DNA of 64,000 bases, taken from assembly GCA_965153355.1 (NCBI GenBank), contig OZ231126.1:23374001-23438000 (forward strand). The letters run 5' to 3'. The notes under the pieces were generated by a model. The model saw only the letters and a list, made by a program, of their open reading frames with translations. It did not search any database and was not told the DNA's origin. Both the position numbers and the translations under genes were made by a program. This stretch comes from Flaccisagitta enflata. Lineage: Eukaryota. Shown here one piece after another: positions 35,794 to 49,828 of the stretch; positions within the stretch are counted from its first letter, which is position 1, and each line of letters begins with the position of its first letter.

Positions 35794-36864
35794 TGACACT
35801 TTTTTTGTCGCAAACAAGCAACTCAAAGCAGCTTTGTCTATTGGTCCGTTGGTCCGCTGGCATGTTGGTCACGCATCAATTGAAAAGAGCAAAAGCGCAT
35901 GTTTTGTGGGTGTGGGTAAGGGGGTCACATGTCCATGCCCACCTATCCGTTACATTGTTGTTATCTCACGTAAGTCGTCTTTGCTGTTACTTTTTTACTC
36001 AGTCATTGCTAGGCCACACTCCCAGACCCATGGACGCCAAACAGACCAACAGATGGACAAAGCGACTAAGAACTGAAAAGAAATTCATTTTTTCAAATAC
36101 GAGAAAAAATGTTAAAAATTACAAGTAAAATACAATTGTCAAAAGTTCACGAAAAAGATGTTAGAAAAGTAAAATATGATTATCTTGACACGGTTGTTAT
36201 CCTTACCCACAGGTCCATGTGCCCTCCTGTATCATTGCCCATGCCCAATCTTAGAGGCCCATATCTGGCCTTCTCCAGCAACAAGTTTAGTCGTCCAGAA
36301 TCTCATTCTAAGTGGTTTTAAGTGAATATTGCAAGCTCAAGCATAAAATGACACTCAGTCTTAAAAAGCTCAACTTTGAGCCTTAAAAAAGCTCAGAAAT
36401 GAGCTTTGTGAGCACCTAACCCAGTTAAGTCAAGCTTTTGAGTCAAATAGCTCATTTTTGAGCTTTTATTAATTAAAAAGCTTATTTTTGCCTTTTTTTT
36501 TAAGACTTGTAAGGGATTTGTCAATCTAAATGAATTCCCCACCCCAAAATCTATCATTGTGTGAAAAATGAAAAAAATTGAAGGGTGCCATGTCTGAGAT
36601 TTTCATCGCTCATTTTTTCTCCAACCGAAAAAAAAAGATTAAAAATTTAAAATCCATACCTACATCCCAGTTTTTCTCTACCACATAGCTGTTGCCCAAA
36701 AATTCTCTGAAAAAAAAGAATTAGTCCACTCAATGAGGATGTATGGCCATGGAAATTAAAGAAAAAACACAAAAGCAAAAGCTCAATGGGCTTTCCCCAG
36801 GATCCAGCTGTTTTTAGTGTTACAGGTCGTGCAGGCCTTTGAGTCATTTTTTTTTTCTTAGGAT

Positions 36865-37250
36865 CAGTTTAAGTCTGGTTAATGTCTGGTTTATGTCTGG
36901 TTTAAGTGGTTTAAGTCTGGTTTTTAAGTCTGGTTTAAGTCTGGTTTGCAGTTCTTGACAAAGGGGGAGGTCTGGTTTAAGTCTGGTTTAAGTTTGGTTC
37001 AAGAAGTTTTGTTAAGGTTTTTAAATCTGGTTTTAAGAGTCTGGTTTTAATTACCGTTAAAGTCTGGTTTAAGTCTGGTTTAAGTCTGTTTAAGTCTTGT
37101 TTAGGTGTGGTTGAGGTCAGATTTAAGTCTAGTTTATGTCTGTTTTACATCTGGATTGATTCTGGTTTATGTCTGGTTTAGGTCTGGTTTAGGTCTGGTT
37201 TAGGTCTGGCTGAAGATGGTTCAAGTCTGGCTAAAGTTTGGTTTAAAGTC
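36865..37250. repeat. 11-bp satellite (TCTGGTTTAAG)n
   Basis: Direct observation; further arrays at 38140-38385 and 41850-42450. Confidence 0.9.
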
Positions 37251-37284
37251 ATTCTTGGTCATTTGAGCCACTTTTAGTCATCTA

Positions 37285-38135
37285 CAGGCAGCGGCCCCAG
37301 GGCTGATGACCTATGGTTCACACAGGAGAAATTTCTCCTTCTTCTTCTCCAGTGTACCTCCCCCTCCCCAGCCTCAAGCCTCAGTGGCCAAATTCTAGCC
37401 CAGAAGTCCATTTTCCAGTCACCCGCCCCCAAATCCTAGCCTCAAAGCCAAAATTCCTACCCCAAATCTCAAATTCAAGGCTCAAGGCCCAAATCTCAGT
37501 CCAAAGCTTCAAATCACAACCTCTGGACCTGATGACCTATGCTTTCACATATGCAGAAATTTCTCCTTCTTCTTCTCCTTCTCCTCCGTCCGTGCCCCCA
37601 GCTTAGGCCCAAATTCTGGCTGTGAGGCCCATATTCCACCCCCCAGAAGATCCAAATTCTAACCTTGAGGCCCAAATTCTAGCCTTGGGCCAGAATTCTA
37701 GCCAGAGGCCCAAAATCTAGCCCTGAGGCCAAATTCTGGCTTTCATGAGGCTCATGTTCCACCCCAGATCCAAATTCTAACCTTGAGGCCCAAATTCCCA
37801 GCCTGCGTGTGGCTCCAAATCCCAGCCTCGAGGGCTCAAATCACAGCCTTGAAGCTCAAATCCCAGCCTCAAGGCTAAAATCCAAACCTCAAAGCCTTTA
37901 ATTCCAGCCTTAGTATAATTCCATTGCAGGCCATATTCCAACCCCAAGGAAGCAGCTCAAGCCTCAGAGCCCCAATTCCAGCCTTCAGGCCATAATTCCA
38001 ACCAAGAGGCTCAAATAAAAACAGCATAGGTCATCGGCCCCTTCGGGGCCGCTGCCCCTCTAACCACCTCACACCCATATACACTCACATAGGGGCAACA
38101 GGTACTGCTGACTATCTAACGCTTTTGCGACTATT
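37285..38135 (+). mobile_element. HINE-like family B variant
   Basis: GGCAGCGGCCCCAGGGCTGATGACCTATG / CATAGGTCATCGGCCCCTTCGGGGCCGCTGCC inverted repeats enclosing ~21-bp CCCAAATTCCAGCCT repeats. Confidence 0.6.
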
Positions 38136-38469
38136 TTTCTTAAGGTCTGGTTAAGTCTGGTTAATGTCTGGTTTATGTCTGGTATATTTTTGGTTTAAGT
38201 CTGGTTTAAGTCTGGTTTATGCCGTTTAAGTGCTGGTCTAATGGTTCAAGTCTGCTTGTTTAAGTCTGCTGGTTGAAATGATATTAAAGATAACTATGGT
38301 TTAGGTCTGGTTTAGGTCTGGTTTAGGTCTGGTTTAAGTCTGGTTTAAGTCTGGTTTTTAAGTCTGGTTTAAGTCTGGTTCGCAGTTCTTGACAAAGGGG
38401 GAATAGCAGCTGATGCAATGAAGAAGCATTGGGCCTCTCACCTGATCTTCTGTTTTAGGAGCTCCCACG

Positions 38470-41400
38470 ATCTTCTGTTTTAAGGGTATAATCGAAAAAA
38501 AGAATAAATTAACCCCAAAATCCGCTAGAGGCGCCCTCGATAGTGACATAGACTGACTTAAAACAATTGGCACCTCCACATGACGGTGAGAAATTGCGCT
38601 GACTCTGTTGCTAGTGTAGTGTGAATAATTATAAACAAACAAGCGTTTAGAAAATAATGCTAATTGAATTTATGTTTGAATCCTATCGTTTTGGAATGCA
38701 ATTCAGGGTAGCTTCCTATGACTATTGAGATTGTACTGAAACAAGTTGAGGATTTTTTGGCCTCAGGTACCAGAACAATGAACTTTTAGTAAAGGGCCTC
38801 TATCCATATATGTTAGATTGAAACCAGGTTAAATGTGTTTTCCCATTGGTTTTCACAAAAATGAAGGGTTCTTATGTAAAGAACACATCTAAAGCATGTA
38901 TCATATGTATTTTCATTGTTTTTATCATTCAAGAAGTTTCATCTTTAGTAATATGAACTAGAAAGGTTTTATCAGCGGGATGCACTCATTAAAGGGAAAG
39001 GTTATGATACTAATCTCATGTTTTGATCTTTTTTGTGCCAAACTTGTTGCAGTGTTCTATATTGACTTACTTTATTTAATGATTGTCATTTTTTTTCCAG
39101 TTTTGGGCCTATTTCCTATGATAATGAATCATTTGCGTTAGTCAATTTACAAAATTGTGCATTTTGCGCAATTTTGACCCTAAAACTCAAACTCAATTTA
39201 AACAGATTTGAGCCTCAATTTTTTTTTGTTTTTATTGCATTTTTAGCCTTCCTACGATGCAAATTAGGCATTAGTTGAGGTTTTCAAAGATTTTTGTTGA
39301 AAAGAGTAGTTTTAGGAGTCCAAAATTGCGCAAAATGTAATTCATAAGTGATACTTATAAATATTGTTGTATTAGCAGTTCTAGGCTATTTCTTGTATTT
39401 GGCTGCTGCCCGATCTTCTGTTTTAGAAATTTATAATGGAAAAGAATAAATTATCTTTAAAAAATCAGCCTAGAGAGCGCCTCGATGGTGACATAGACTG
39501 ACAAAACAATTGGCACCTCCATATGACGATGAGATATTGCGCTGACTCTGTTGCTAGTGTAGTGTGAATATTTACCAATAAGGGCGGCTAATCGCCGTAG
39601 GAAAAAAGTTGTAAATGCTGCTCAAGAAAATGAGAGAGGAAAAGAGAGTGAGAGAGAGAGAGATAAAGAGACAGACAGAGAGACAGACAGAGGGAGAGAG
39701 AGAGAGAGAGAGAGAGTGAGAGAGAGAGAAGAGAGAGAGAGGGAGAAGAGAGAGAGAGAGAAGAGAGAGATAGAGAAGAGAGAGATAGAGAAGAGAGAGA
39801 TAGAGAAGACAGAGGCATCCAACCCCCATCCACACCCCAACCCCAACCCCCACACACAAGCATCTAGACAGCTTGTTTTTCCACTTTTCCACTTGGACGG
39901 ACAGACAGACCAACAGACCGATGGATGGACTGACGGACAAAGCCTCTCATAGAGTCGGGAGTTGAAATGAGAGAGAGACTGTGCTGCCAGGATGCACAGT
40001 CATCACCTGGGACATTTCAAAGTTCAAATAGACTTCAACTAACTCGATTCCTGGTTTTAGGGAAAAATGAGAAAAATGAGAAAAAATAAAAAAAGATTCA
40101 AAAAATCATAGCTCCAAAATTATCGATCGCACAGAATTCTGCTTGGCGTCATCTGAAAGAGGAGATTTAGCTCTTTCTTAGCTATTAATTTCATGCGTAG
40201 CACCATCTAAAGGAACCCCAAAAAGTATCCAGAAAGTATCTAGGATTTTTTTGCTAGTATCTAGATGGCAAACTCGATAGTGACTTAGACTGACTTCAAA
40301 CAATTGGCACCTCCATATGACGATGAGAAATTGCGCTGACTCTGCTGCGAGTGTAGTTTGAATATTTATAAACAAATAAGCGTTTAGAAAATAACGCTAA
40401 TTGAATTTATGTTTGAATCCTATCGTTTTGGAAAGCAATTGAGGGTAGCTTCCTATGACTAGTGAGATTGTACTGAAACATGAGTTGAGGATTTTTTGGC
40501 CTCAAGTACCAGAACAATGAACTTTTAGTAAAGGGCCTCTATCTATACATGTTAGATTGAAACCAGGTCAAATGTGTTTTCCCATTGATTTTCACAAAAA
40601 TGAAGGGTTCTTTTGTAAAGAACACATCTAAAGCATATATCATAGGTATTTTCATTGTTTTTATCATTCAAGAAGTTTCATCTTTAGTAATATGAACTAG
40701 AAAGGTTTTATAAAGCTTTTCAGCGGGATGCACTCCTTAAAGGGAAAGGTTATGATACTAATCTCATGTTTTGATCTTTTTTTGTGCCAAACTTGTTACA
40801 GTAGTTTATATTGACTTGCTTTACTCAATGATTGTCATTTTTTTTCAGTTTTGGGCTTATTTCCTATGATAATGAATCATTTGCGCTAGTCAATTCACAA
40901 AATTGTGCATTTTGCGCAATTTTGACCCTAAAACTCAATTTAAACAGATTTGAGCCTCAATTCTTTTTTGGTTTTATTGCATTTTTAGCCTTCCTACGAT
41001 GCAAATTAGGCATTGGTTGAGGTTTTCAAAGATTTTTGTTGAAAAAAATTGAGTTTTAGGGTCAAAATTAGCACAAAATGCACAATTTAGTAAATTGACT
41101 AACGCAAATGATTAGTGCAACCCGCAGATTCTTGGCTATTTCTTGTACATTGGCTGCTGCCGATCTTCTGTTTTAAGGGTATAATCGAAAAAAGAATAAA
41201 ATTAACCCCAAAATCCGCTAGAGGCGCCCTCGATAGTGACATAGACTGACTTAAAACTAGGGATGTGGAAGCGATTGACCGCTTCCAATTTGGAGGATGG
41301 GATAGCTACTAGTATTTGAACTGTAAAATGGAAGCGAAGCGGTGGAAGCGGCAACCCCGGAATCGGCTAGGGGTGCACTCGCTAGTGACTTACACTGACT

Positions 41401-41845
41401 CAAAACAGTTGGCACCTCCATATGACGATGAGATATGCGCTGACTATGTTGCTAGTGAGCCAGTGTGAATATTTATAAATAAACAAAAAAGCGTTTAGAA
41501 AATAACGCTAATTGAATTTATGTTTGAACCCTATCGTTTTGGAATGCAATTCAAGGTAGCTTCCTATGACTATTGAGATTGTACTGAAACAAGAGTTGAG
41601 GATTTTTTGGCCTCAGGTACCAGAACAATGAACTTTTAGTAAAGGGCCTCTATCTATACATGTTAGATTGAAACCAGGTCAAATGTGTTTTCCCATTGAT
41701 TTTCACAAAAATGAAGGGTTCTTTTGTAAAGAACACATCTAAAGCATATATCATAGGTATTTTCATTGTTTTTATCATTCAAGAAGTTTCATCTTTAGTA
41801 ATATGAACTAGAAAGGCTTTATAAAGCTTTTCAGCGGGATGCACT
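38470..41845. repeat. Local triplication of a ~0.9 kb AT-rich unit
   Basis: TTGGCACCTCCA..GACG..GAGAAATTGCGCTGACT...GCGTTTAGAAAATAA block at ~38560, ~40295 and ~41400, plus a partial copy at ~39500. Confidence 0.85.
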
Positions 41846-41849
41846 CTTG

Positions 41850-42450
41850 TGGTCTGGTTCAGGTCTGGTTTAGGTCAGATTTAAGTCTGGTTTATATCTG
41901 GTTTACATCTGGATTGATTCTGGTTTATGTCTGGTTTAGGTCTGGTTTAGGTCTGGTTTAAGATGGTTCAAGTCTGGCTAAAGTCTGGTTTAGGTCTCGT
42001 TTAAGTCTGGTTTGAGTCTGGTTTTAGTCTGGTTTAAGTTTTGTTAAGGTTTGGTTTGAGTCTCGTGCATGTCTGGTTTAAGTCTAGTTTATGTCTGGTT
42101 TATATCTGGTTTAGGTCTGGTTGAAGTCTGGTTTAGGTCTGGTTTAGGATGGCTTAGGTCTTGTTTAGGTCAGATTTAGGTCTGGTTTATTTCTGGTTTA
42201 AGTTTGGATTAATTCTGGTTTAAGTCTGGTTAAATTCTGGTTTGAGTCTGGTTTAGGTCTGGTTTAAAGTGTGGTTTATCTGGTTTAGGTCTTGTTTAAG
42301 TCTGGTTTGAGTCTGGTTTAAGTCTGGTTTAAGTTCAGTTTAAGTTGGTTTAAGTTGGTTTGAGTCTGGTTTAAGTCAGGTTTAAGTTTGGGTAAGGTCT
42401 GGTTGAAGTCTTGTTGAAGTCCAGTTTAAGTCTAGTTTAAGTGTGGTTTG
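41850..42450. repeat. 11-bp satellite (TCTGGTTTAAG)n
   Basis: Direct observation. Confidence 0.9.
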
Positions 42451-43227
42451 AGTCAATAAAGAGATTCAATAAGGAGTCAAGTCAGTTCAGTTATTTTGTT
42501 TCGCACGCGACTTATAGGTGTTGGCCTTGTTCCTTTTAATGCCCACTCTCTGCCTTCAATCTCTGTGCAACATTCGATAAAAGTCTCTCTGTTTGAGCTC
42601 CGACTCCGTCGTTGAGTTAAAAGCAATGATCGAGAAAAGGCAATTGAAAGGACTGGGATAGTTTGGCCCTCATCCTAGTACTACACATGGAAAAAAAACA
42701 AGCCAGACCAGGCAACGATGCGTCCGGGCTGTGTCTCTATGTGTATTGATCATGTGGCATATATGGAGAGACAGATGGACGAACAGACGCGTAGCACGCG
42801 ACCAAAAAAGGCTAGGAAGAAAAAAGGAGATATCGAAATGAAGTAAAACACAAAATTAGGCATAAACAAAAAAGAAAAAAATTAGAATAAGAATATTTCT
42901 CTTTTGAAATTCTATGGAAATAAAAAATGGAAATTATGTGTTTATGGGTGGGGATTTGGGGATTTGGGGATTTGGGGATTTGGGGATTTTGGTCGATGTC
43001 GCCGATTGGGTTGCTTATTTGGAAAAGCTTGTAGCGATGAAGAAATGGATGGGGGTTGTCGCGTTCGGCGGGGATGAGGAGGTTTCATGTGAGAAGAAAA
43101 TTGAAAGAAGGAGAATCAGTTGGATTAGGAGAATTCAAAAAGGAAGGCCCAGAGAAAAAGAAGAACAAGAACAAGAAAAGGAAAAAGAAGAAAAGAAAAA
43201 GAACAAGAGGGAGAAGGAGAAGAAAAG

Positions 43228-43341
<114 letters not shown>

Positions 43342-43535
43342 AAACTGCTAGAACAACTTTAACCTTTAACAAAAACCGCCACAAGAAAAGAAAGAGGAAC
43401 AAACGTTGAAGACCGTAGACGAAATAAACGATGAAGAAGAAGAAGAAGAAAAAGCCGAAGAGAAGATTGGGAGAGGAAGCCGATGCGAAGGCGGAATTAA
43501 GCCATGGCGGATCTCCAAAGAAGAAGGGGGAGAGC

Positions 43536-43582
<47 letters not shown>

Positions 43583-44000
43583 GTCGAAATGAGCTTTTTT
43601 ATGTGTTTTATGTTTTTTATGATGATAGACTAACTTGACGACGATAAAAGTGTTATTTGGGTCACACGAAAAACTGCAACAAAACCAAATTTCATTCGCT
43701 TTTTTTATGGCTTTCCTTTTTCTTTGTACGCGTGCAACATTTGTAAGGAAAAATGGAACCCATCTTGGGGAACAAAAAGGGAAACAAAAGGAGAAGAATG
43801 ACATTAGAGGAATAAATGACTTGAAGAGACCAAGTTTCTATGTCCGTTAATGCCGGTAACTTACAGACGGAGTTTTGTTATTCTTGGATCCGGTATAGGG
43901 TTTTGTGACTAGAATAAGGAGAAGATGAATTGAATACGCGACGAAAGTGATGGTTGATGAGTAGTTAATGAGGTTGTAATTATTATCCAAAAGCTGAGTA

Positions 44001-44411
44001 CCACGCGTATCAAAAAAAAAGACGCACTTTTAAATGGCTCATTTAGCCATAAAGATTCAGAGAAACTAATAAAAATCTTAGACCATTTTAAAGCCCTTTG
44101 AAAGTACTTTCATTTGGCGCCAATCTGGTATTTCTATCTTTTTTCGTTTAGAAATGGCATTAGTTTGAGTAAAAATGTTGCCTGTTTCAGTTTCGCAATC
44201 CCTATGTAAAATGTGCATTTCAGCAAAATAGTGCTTCTCTTTGCAGAGCTCTAGCTCCTAAACCGTTTGAGATACAGACCTGGGGTTGGTCTAGAATAAA
44301 AGATTTTTTGAAAATCTTTAAAAATGACTTAATTGAAAATTATTAAAATCATTTCTTCTATCTGTTTTATTCATAGATAATGGGGTGCGTCTCTTTTTTT
44401 GATACGCGTGG
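44001..44411. mobile_element. TA-flanked MITE
   Basis: TA|CCACGCGTATCAAAAAAAAGACGCAC...GTGCGTCTCTTTTTTTGATACGCGTGG|TA. Confidence 0.88.
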
Positions 44412-44904
44412 TAACACGTAAAAGACAACACCGGAATAGGGCATAGTACTGGCAAATAAATGTGCCTCGCAGATGGAAAGTACATTAATGAAGACTGGTG
44501 ATGGAAACGACCGTTAAACGCGGTTATACCGTGAACGTCACGACCGGACGGGACACTGATTCTCAACGAAGACCTTGAATCACTAAAAAGAGCGTCTCAT
44601 CTGTTGGCTCAAAAATATCTCTGAGCTAAATCGCCTTATCGCTATCTAGGTTTGCTTTATGATGTAGCAACAGGGTCCTCTAACAATCTACTTAGGTACG
44701 TTCGTGCAAGGATTTGATGACTAAATTCGTTTGCCTTTCTGTATCATTCAATATTGTTAAGGAAGTTACAATGAGAAAGCAATTTACTATGCGTAAACTG
44801 AATTATGCAAATAACCTTTGATCATCAAAAGTTTCAATTTACTAGCGTTTATCAAGCCCGCGCAGACTCCATTTTATAACAATAAAACCATTAAGAACAA
44901 CAGC

Positions 44905-44960
<56 letters not shown>

Positions 44961-44971
44961 CGACGACAACG

Positions 44972-45035
<64 letters not shown>

Positions 45036-45046
45036 CGACAACAACG

Positions 45047-45104
<58 letters not shown>

Positions 45105-45330
45105 CCACGAGATAACCAAGAAAGATTTCCGTAAACATAAATGTAGATAGCAAATTTGTCTTATCCCAAATTTGTTACATTCTTTGCATTTTGTGTAATT
45201 GTTAGATCCTCCAGGCAATAGGCAAGTTGAAAGAAGCCTTACTGCTTTCGACATTTCGTCGTTCCTTAACGAAAAAACTTCTACCACCCACCAACATGAA
45301 TTTTAAACCCGGCGACATTTTTAATTTTAG

Positions 45331-45405
<75 letters not shown>

Positions 45406-45697
45406 GTTATATCATTCTCTCTCCTTTGGTCTCCCACCTCCTGATTGGAATGTCGCCACAGCGACTCTGTTCGTGGACATCGTTTTATTTATGATATTTT
45501 AAAGCCGACGGTTGGGGCATAAATCAATTCTGACTTTGAGGCCGCGGCCGAGGGGCTCTCATTAGAAATTTTTCTCTCTTCTTTCTACCTCTTTTTGTTC
45601 TTCTTCTATCTTTTTTTCTCTTTCGCTTTTTCTTACCTCCTTGAAAGAAAAGTCGCGCTGCGCCGCGCTGAGCTGAGGTCCGTTTGAGCAGAGTCCG

Positions 45698-45780
<83 letters not shown>

Positions 45781-45914
45781 GGACAGGCAGACAGGTAAGC
45801 AAACAGATACAAGCGAAATTCAGACAGACAGACATACACAGACAGACAGACATACACAGACAGACAGACAGACAGACAGACAGAGAGAAGGAGAGACAGA
45901 CGGACAGACTGAGG

Positions 45915-45968
<54 letters not shown>

Positions 45969-46203
45969 GAGCCAGTGAGGATTTTTTGAAATTTTCTCTC
46001 CATCCTCTTCCACTCCCATCACTGTTCATTTGTTTTGCTGAGGAACGAATCTCGATATAGATCGCCATCTCTTGATGAAAGCCAGAACCTCCGAACCTTG
46101 GGGTAAAAACAAAATACAAACGGTAAATCATATAAAATGTATCTGATCTATTACATGTACAGACACGGTATCAATTGTTTGCGTTAAACGCACAATTTTT
46201 ATA

Positions 46204-46811
46204 CTATCTTCGCCAAAAGAAACGCGACACCTTCTATCTAGAATATCTTGGCTTCTAGAAATGCTAGATACTTTTTTAAAAAAAGAAATTAATCTTCTTC
46301 AAAAAATCTACAAAATGAGTCCAATCTGGTTACTGTATCTTAAAGCGTTTAGAAATGGCAAGCAGAAGAAAGGAAATAGTCATTTTCAGAATTGAAAAGA
46401 TTGTGAAATAAAAGAATAGATTAAATTTCATATAGTTTTAACTTTTGTTATCTCAGCTTCTAGAGAAGCTAGATACTTTTTCCAAAAAAGCAAATTAATC
46501 TACATTAAAAAATCTCAAAGGTGGGCGCAATCTCGATTCTGTAGCTCAAGCCGTTTAGGAATGGCAAGCAGAAGAGTAAACCTTTTTCAAAAATCATAGG
46601 CTTGCAAAAACTGTGGACAAATGAGAAAAGGTTATGCCCTCTGTTAATGAAGAAATGCAACATGAATTGCATTTAAGATACACTATCAGGTTTATTTCTA
46701 ATAAAAATAATTTACATGACCTTCAAACTCTGTCAGTTGCTAAATTTTGTCAGAGTATGGTCAATAAATCATATTATTGCTAGGGTGTCGCGTTTCTTTT
46801 GGCGAAGATAG
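46204..46811. mobile_element. TA-flanked MITE
   Basis: Perfect ~28-bp TIR CTATCTTCGCCAAAAGAAACGCGACACC with TA on both sides. Confidence 0.9.
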
Positions 46812-47246
46812 TACGATCGGAAAAGGTGGCAACACTGGTAAGTTATCGTTCAGTTTTTGTATGCTTCTGACCTTTCAAACGCGTGAAACTTTCTTAAGAA
46901 GCTTTACGTTTATGTCTATTCAACATTTTGAAACAGATTCGATTCCAAGCCTCTCGGGTACACTTGTACAAGCATCTGTCGATCTTTTGTTTTTAAGACT
47001 TTTTAAGCGTTTTTTTTTTAAATTAGGGTTAGGGGTGGGTTTAGGGTTAGGGTTAGGGTTGGGGATAGTTTTAGGGTTAGGGTTAGGGACAAGGTTTGCT
47101 TTAGGGCTAAGGGTTGGCTGGGTTTTATGTATTAATATATTACGACCCGAAGCTATTCGAATTTTATTCGCTCTGGAGGAGGATTCTGAAAGAAAAACAA
47201 AATCGTGCAGAGACTCAATCAGCAGCTCCGAATCTCGCTCCTTATA

Positions 47247-47748
47247 CAATCAGTCCCAATTCCGCATTCATCCATATGCCCATATCTCATCATATTACGT
47301 TATAAAGCAACTTTGGTTATTTGGGCATATTTTGATATATCGAAATATGACTTTCGTCTTTCCCTTTTTGCTATGCCACTCATAACGGAGTAGCAAAGCA
47401 ATTTCCAAGATCTGATCTTATATACTTTGTTTTTTCGTGCCCAATACTTGAATAATCAGCTGAGATTACAAATTCGGAAGGATTAACAAAATACAAGGAT
47501 ATGACTGAATGGTACAGCATTCATAAATGTATTTCTTCTAAGATTTCAGTGGCAAAATCTTTGGAGACCGTTAATGTACAAACTGCTATGGAATTCATTC
47601 AGAATTTACCAAAGCCACAATCGAGTAAATCTAACTTTTGTAAGTCATATTTTGATATACCAAAATACGCCCAGATGGAGGAAGTTTTGGTTTTCCAAAA
47701 TATGTTGAGATACGAGCATATGGATGAATACGGAATTGGGACTGATTG
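47247..47748. mobile_element. TA-flanked MITE
   Basis: TA|CAATCAGTCCCAATTCCG..ATTCATCCATATGC / GCATATGGATGAATACGGAATTGGGACTGATTG|TA. Confidence 0.85.
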
Positions 47749-49130
47749 TATAGCTTCCCTTCCGACAATTTTTAAGTCGCGGACACGCGACTCTAGAACT
47801 TGCCGTGTCGATCAGTCAGTCCGTTTGTCGGTAACTTCTTCAAAGTATGAGCAGTTTTTTCTCTGCACTGCCTCTGCCTACCCATCTGCAATTGAGGGAG
47901 TGAACACGGTTTTTCAAAATTTGCATGCAAAGGTAAAACGAAGCACGCGACTGTTGGCCTGTTGGCGTTGGCCTAGTTTCTGTTTATGTAACGATATCAG
48001 AATTGAAACTGGCTCTTAAACAAAGAATCTTGTTGTTCTTCACCCGTAGTTGTCATTATGTCTTTCTCGAGGCTTCAGAAAAAAATGACATTCTAAATCA
48101 ATAAGGTTTTCATATAGATTTCAGTAGCTGACCAATCCCTCGATCCATTCGTCCGTCTGTACATCGGTAAGTCCGTTACGCCTGTTCAAAAGCAAGCCTA
48201 AGTTATGGCCAATAAGTGGACCTCGCTGGTTAACAAAGGAAAAGAACAAGTTACAATTTTCCTGAAGCGTTTTAAGTCGCGTGCTACGCGACTCTACACC
48301 CCGCTAGGTCGGTCCGTTGGTCGGTAGGTCGGTCCCCTTTTTACTTTTTCGCCATTTTTGAACTTTTTGAGCCTTCTGCTCCTGCCCAAATGCTCTAGTG
48401 ACCTTCTCAAGTACTGCTCTTTCCCATCCACACGCGACTGGGGTAGCCGTGCATGCGGCCTTGTTTTATGAATAAATGAATGACTGAATGAAAAAAAATT
48501 GGTTAGGCATGAGAGGTAACAGGAACGAAGAAAGACATCGGAAATGTCCGATTCGCTCGGTCTCAATGTTTGCTTGAGGGACCGACCAACCGACCAACCA
48601 ACCAACCAACGGACCGATGACCTTACAATATCGTTGCGGACCGGTGGGCAGGGGCATCCAACGACCATCTGCACGCCAATCCTCACCCTACACAAAAACA
48701 TAGATAAAAAGTATCTATAACGCTCGTTTTTCCACTTTTCGACTCGATCACCACGGATCAACAGACCAACGGACGGACGGAGGGACGGATGAACGGACGG
48801 ACGGACAAAACCGCTTATAGAGATGCGTGTCCGCAACTAAAAAGAGCAATGATCGAGGCAAGGAAGCTGACTTTTATGGCCTTCTCAATCATACTTGGGC
48901 GACTTTTGTACCTTTTGGTCCGCCTGTTTTGAACTGAGACTGACTTTTACGACCACAGAAAGGGGCAAACGTTCGTTCAATTACCTCTGTTATCTAGAAT
49001 CAGTCAAAATCATTTCAGCTTTAGAGTTCTCTTACTCTCAGGCATGTCTGACTCTCTTTTAACTTTCGTATAACGAGTAAAATACGGATACGAATGTACG
49101 AATAACCAACTATTTCGGACAATTACCCGT

Positions 49131-49239
<109 letters not shown>

Positions 49240-49409
49240 CGCGCGCGCGTTTCCCACATATGCGTAAGCGCTAAATGAGTGATCTCCGGTAGAATTTATC
49301 CTCGCGGACTTGCGACTCTGTAAGAGGCTTTGTCCATCCGTCCCTCCGTAACGCAGAAGTCGGAGAGTCAAAGAGTGTAAACGCACATTGCCATGCCTCT
49401 GTGGGTATG

Positions 49410-49612
49410 GGGCCAAATGTCTGTCACACCACCAAGGTTTTTCCAAATGTCTGTCACACCACCCAGTTTTCTCCAAATGTCCGTCACCCACCCAGTTTTC
49501 TTCGAATATCTGTCACATAGCCCAGTTTTCTCCAAATGTCTGTCACACCATCCAGTTTCCTCCAAATGTTTGTCACACCACCCAGTTTTCTCCAAATTTC
49601 TGTCACACCACC
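49410..49612. repeat. 30-bp minisatellite (TCCAAATGTCTGTCACACCACCCAGTTTTC), ~7 units
   Basis: Head-to-tail units without unique spacers. Confidence 0.9.
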
Positions 49613-49721
49613 TAGCAAACGGAACGGTTTGCAAATGTAGTCCAACGCTACACCAGTGGTATTATTGAAATTAATATCACAAACCTCATTAGTATCATTC
49701 TATTACCTAAAGCAAAAGGAT

Positions 49722-49756
<35 letters not shown>

Positions 49757-49784
49757 GTATGTCTTTCATTTTCCAATATGATCT

Positions 49785-49828
<44 letters not shown>

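Larger units (their letters stand above)
31751..36810. mobile_element. Foldback element with long inverted arms; left arm broken by several insertions
   Basis: 31751-32050 inverts 36515-36810; 32900-32995 inverts 36360-36460; 33622-33757 inverts 36230-36365; 34990-35210 inverts 35895-36075. Confidence 0.8.
31286..42531 (-). mobile_element. Satellite-bearing HINE family A copy expanded to ~11 kb by nested insertions
   Basis: Tail hairpin, (GTCG)n and (AAGTCATTTT)n at 31286-31750; 11-bp satellite arrays; reverse-complement head TCGCACGCGACTTATAGGTGTTGGCCTTGTT at 42501-42531. Confidence 0.5.

Noticed and set aside
47020-47120. True telomere
   Set aside because: Short, degenerate, internal and part of a repeated module
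49410-49612. CRISPR-like array
   Set aside because: 30-bp units are head-to-tail with no unique spacers and no cas genes; eukaryotic context
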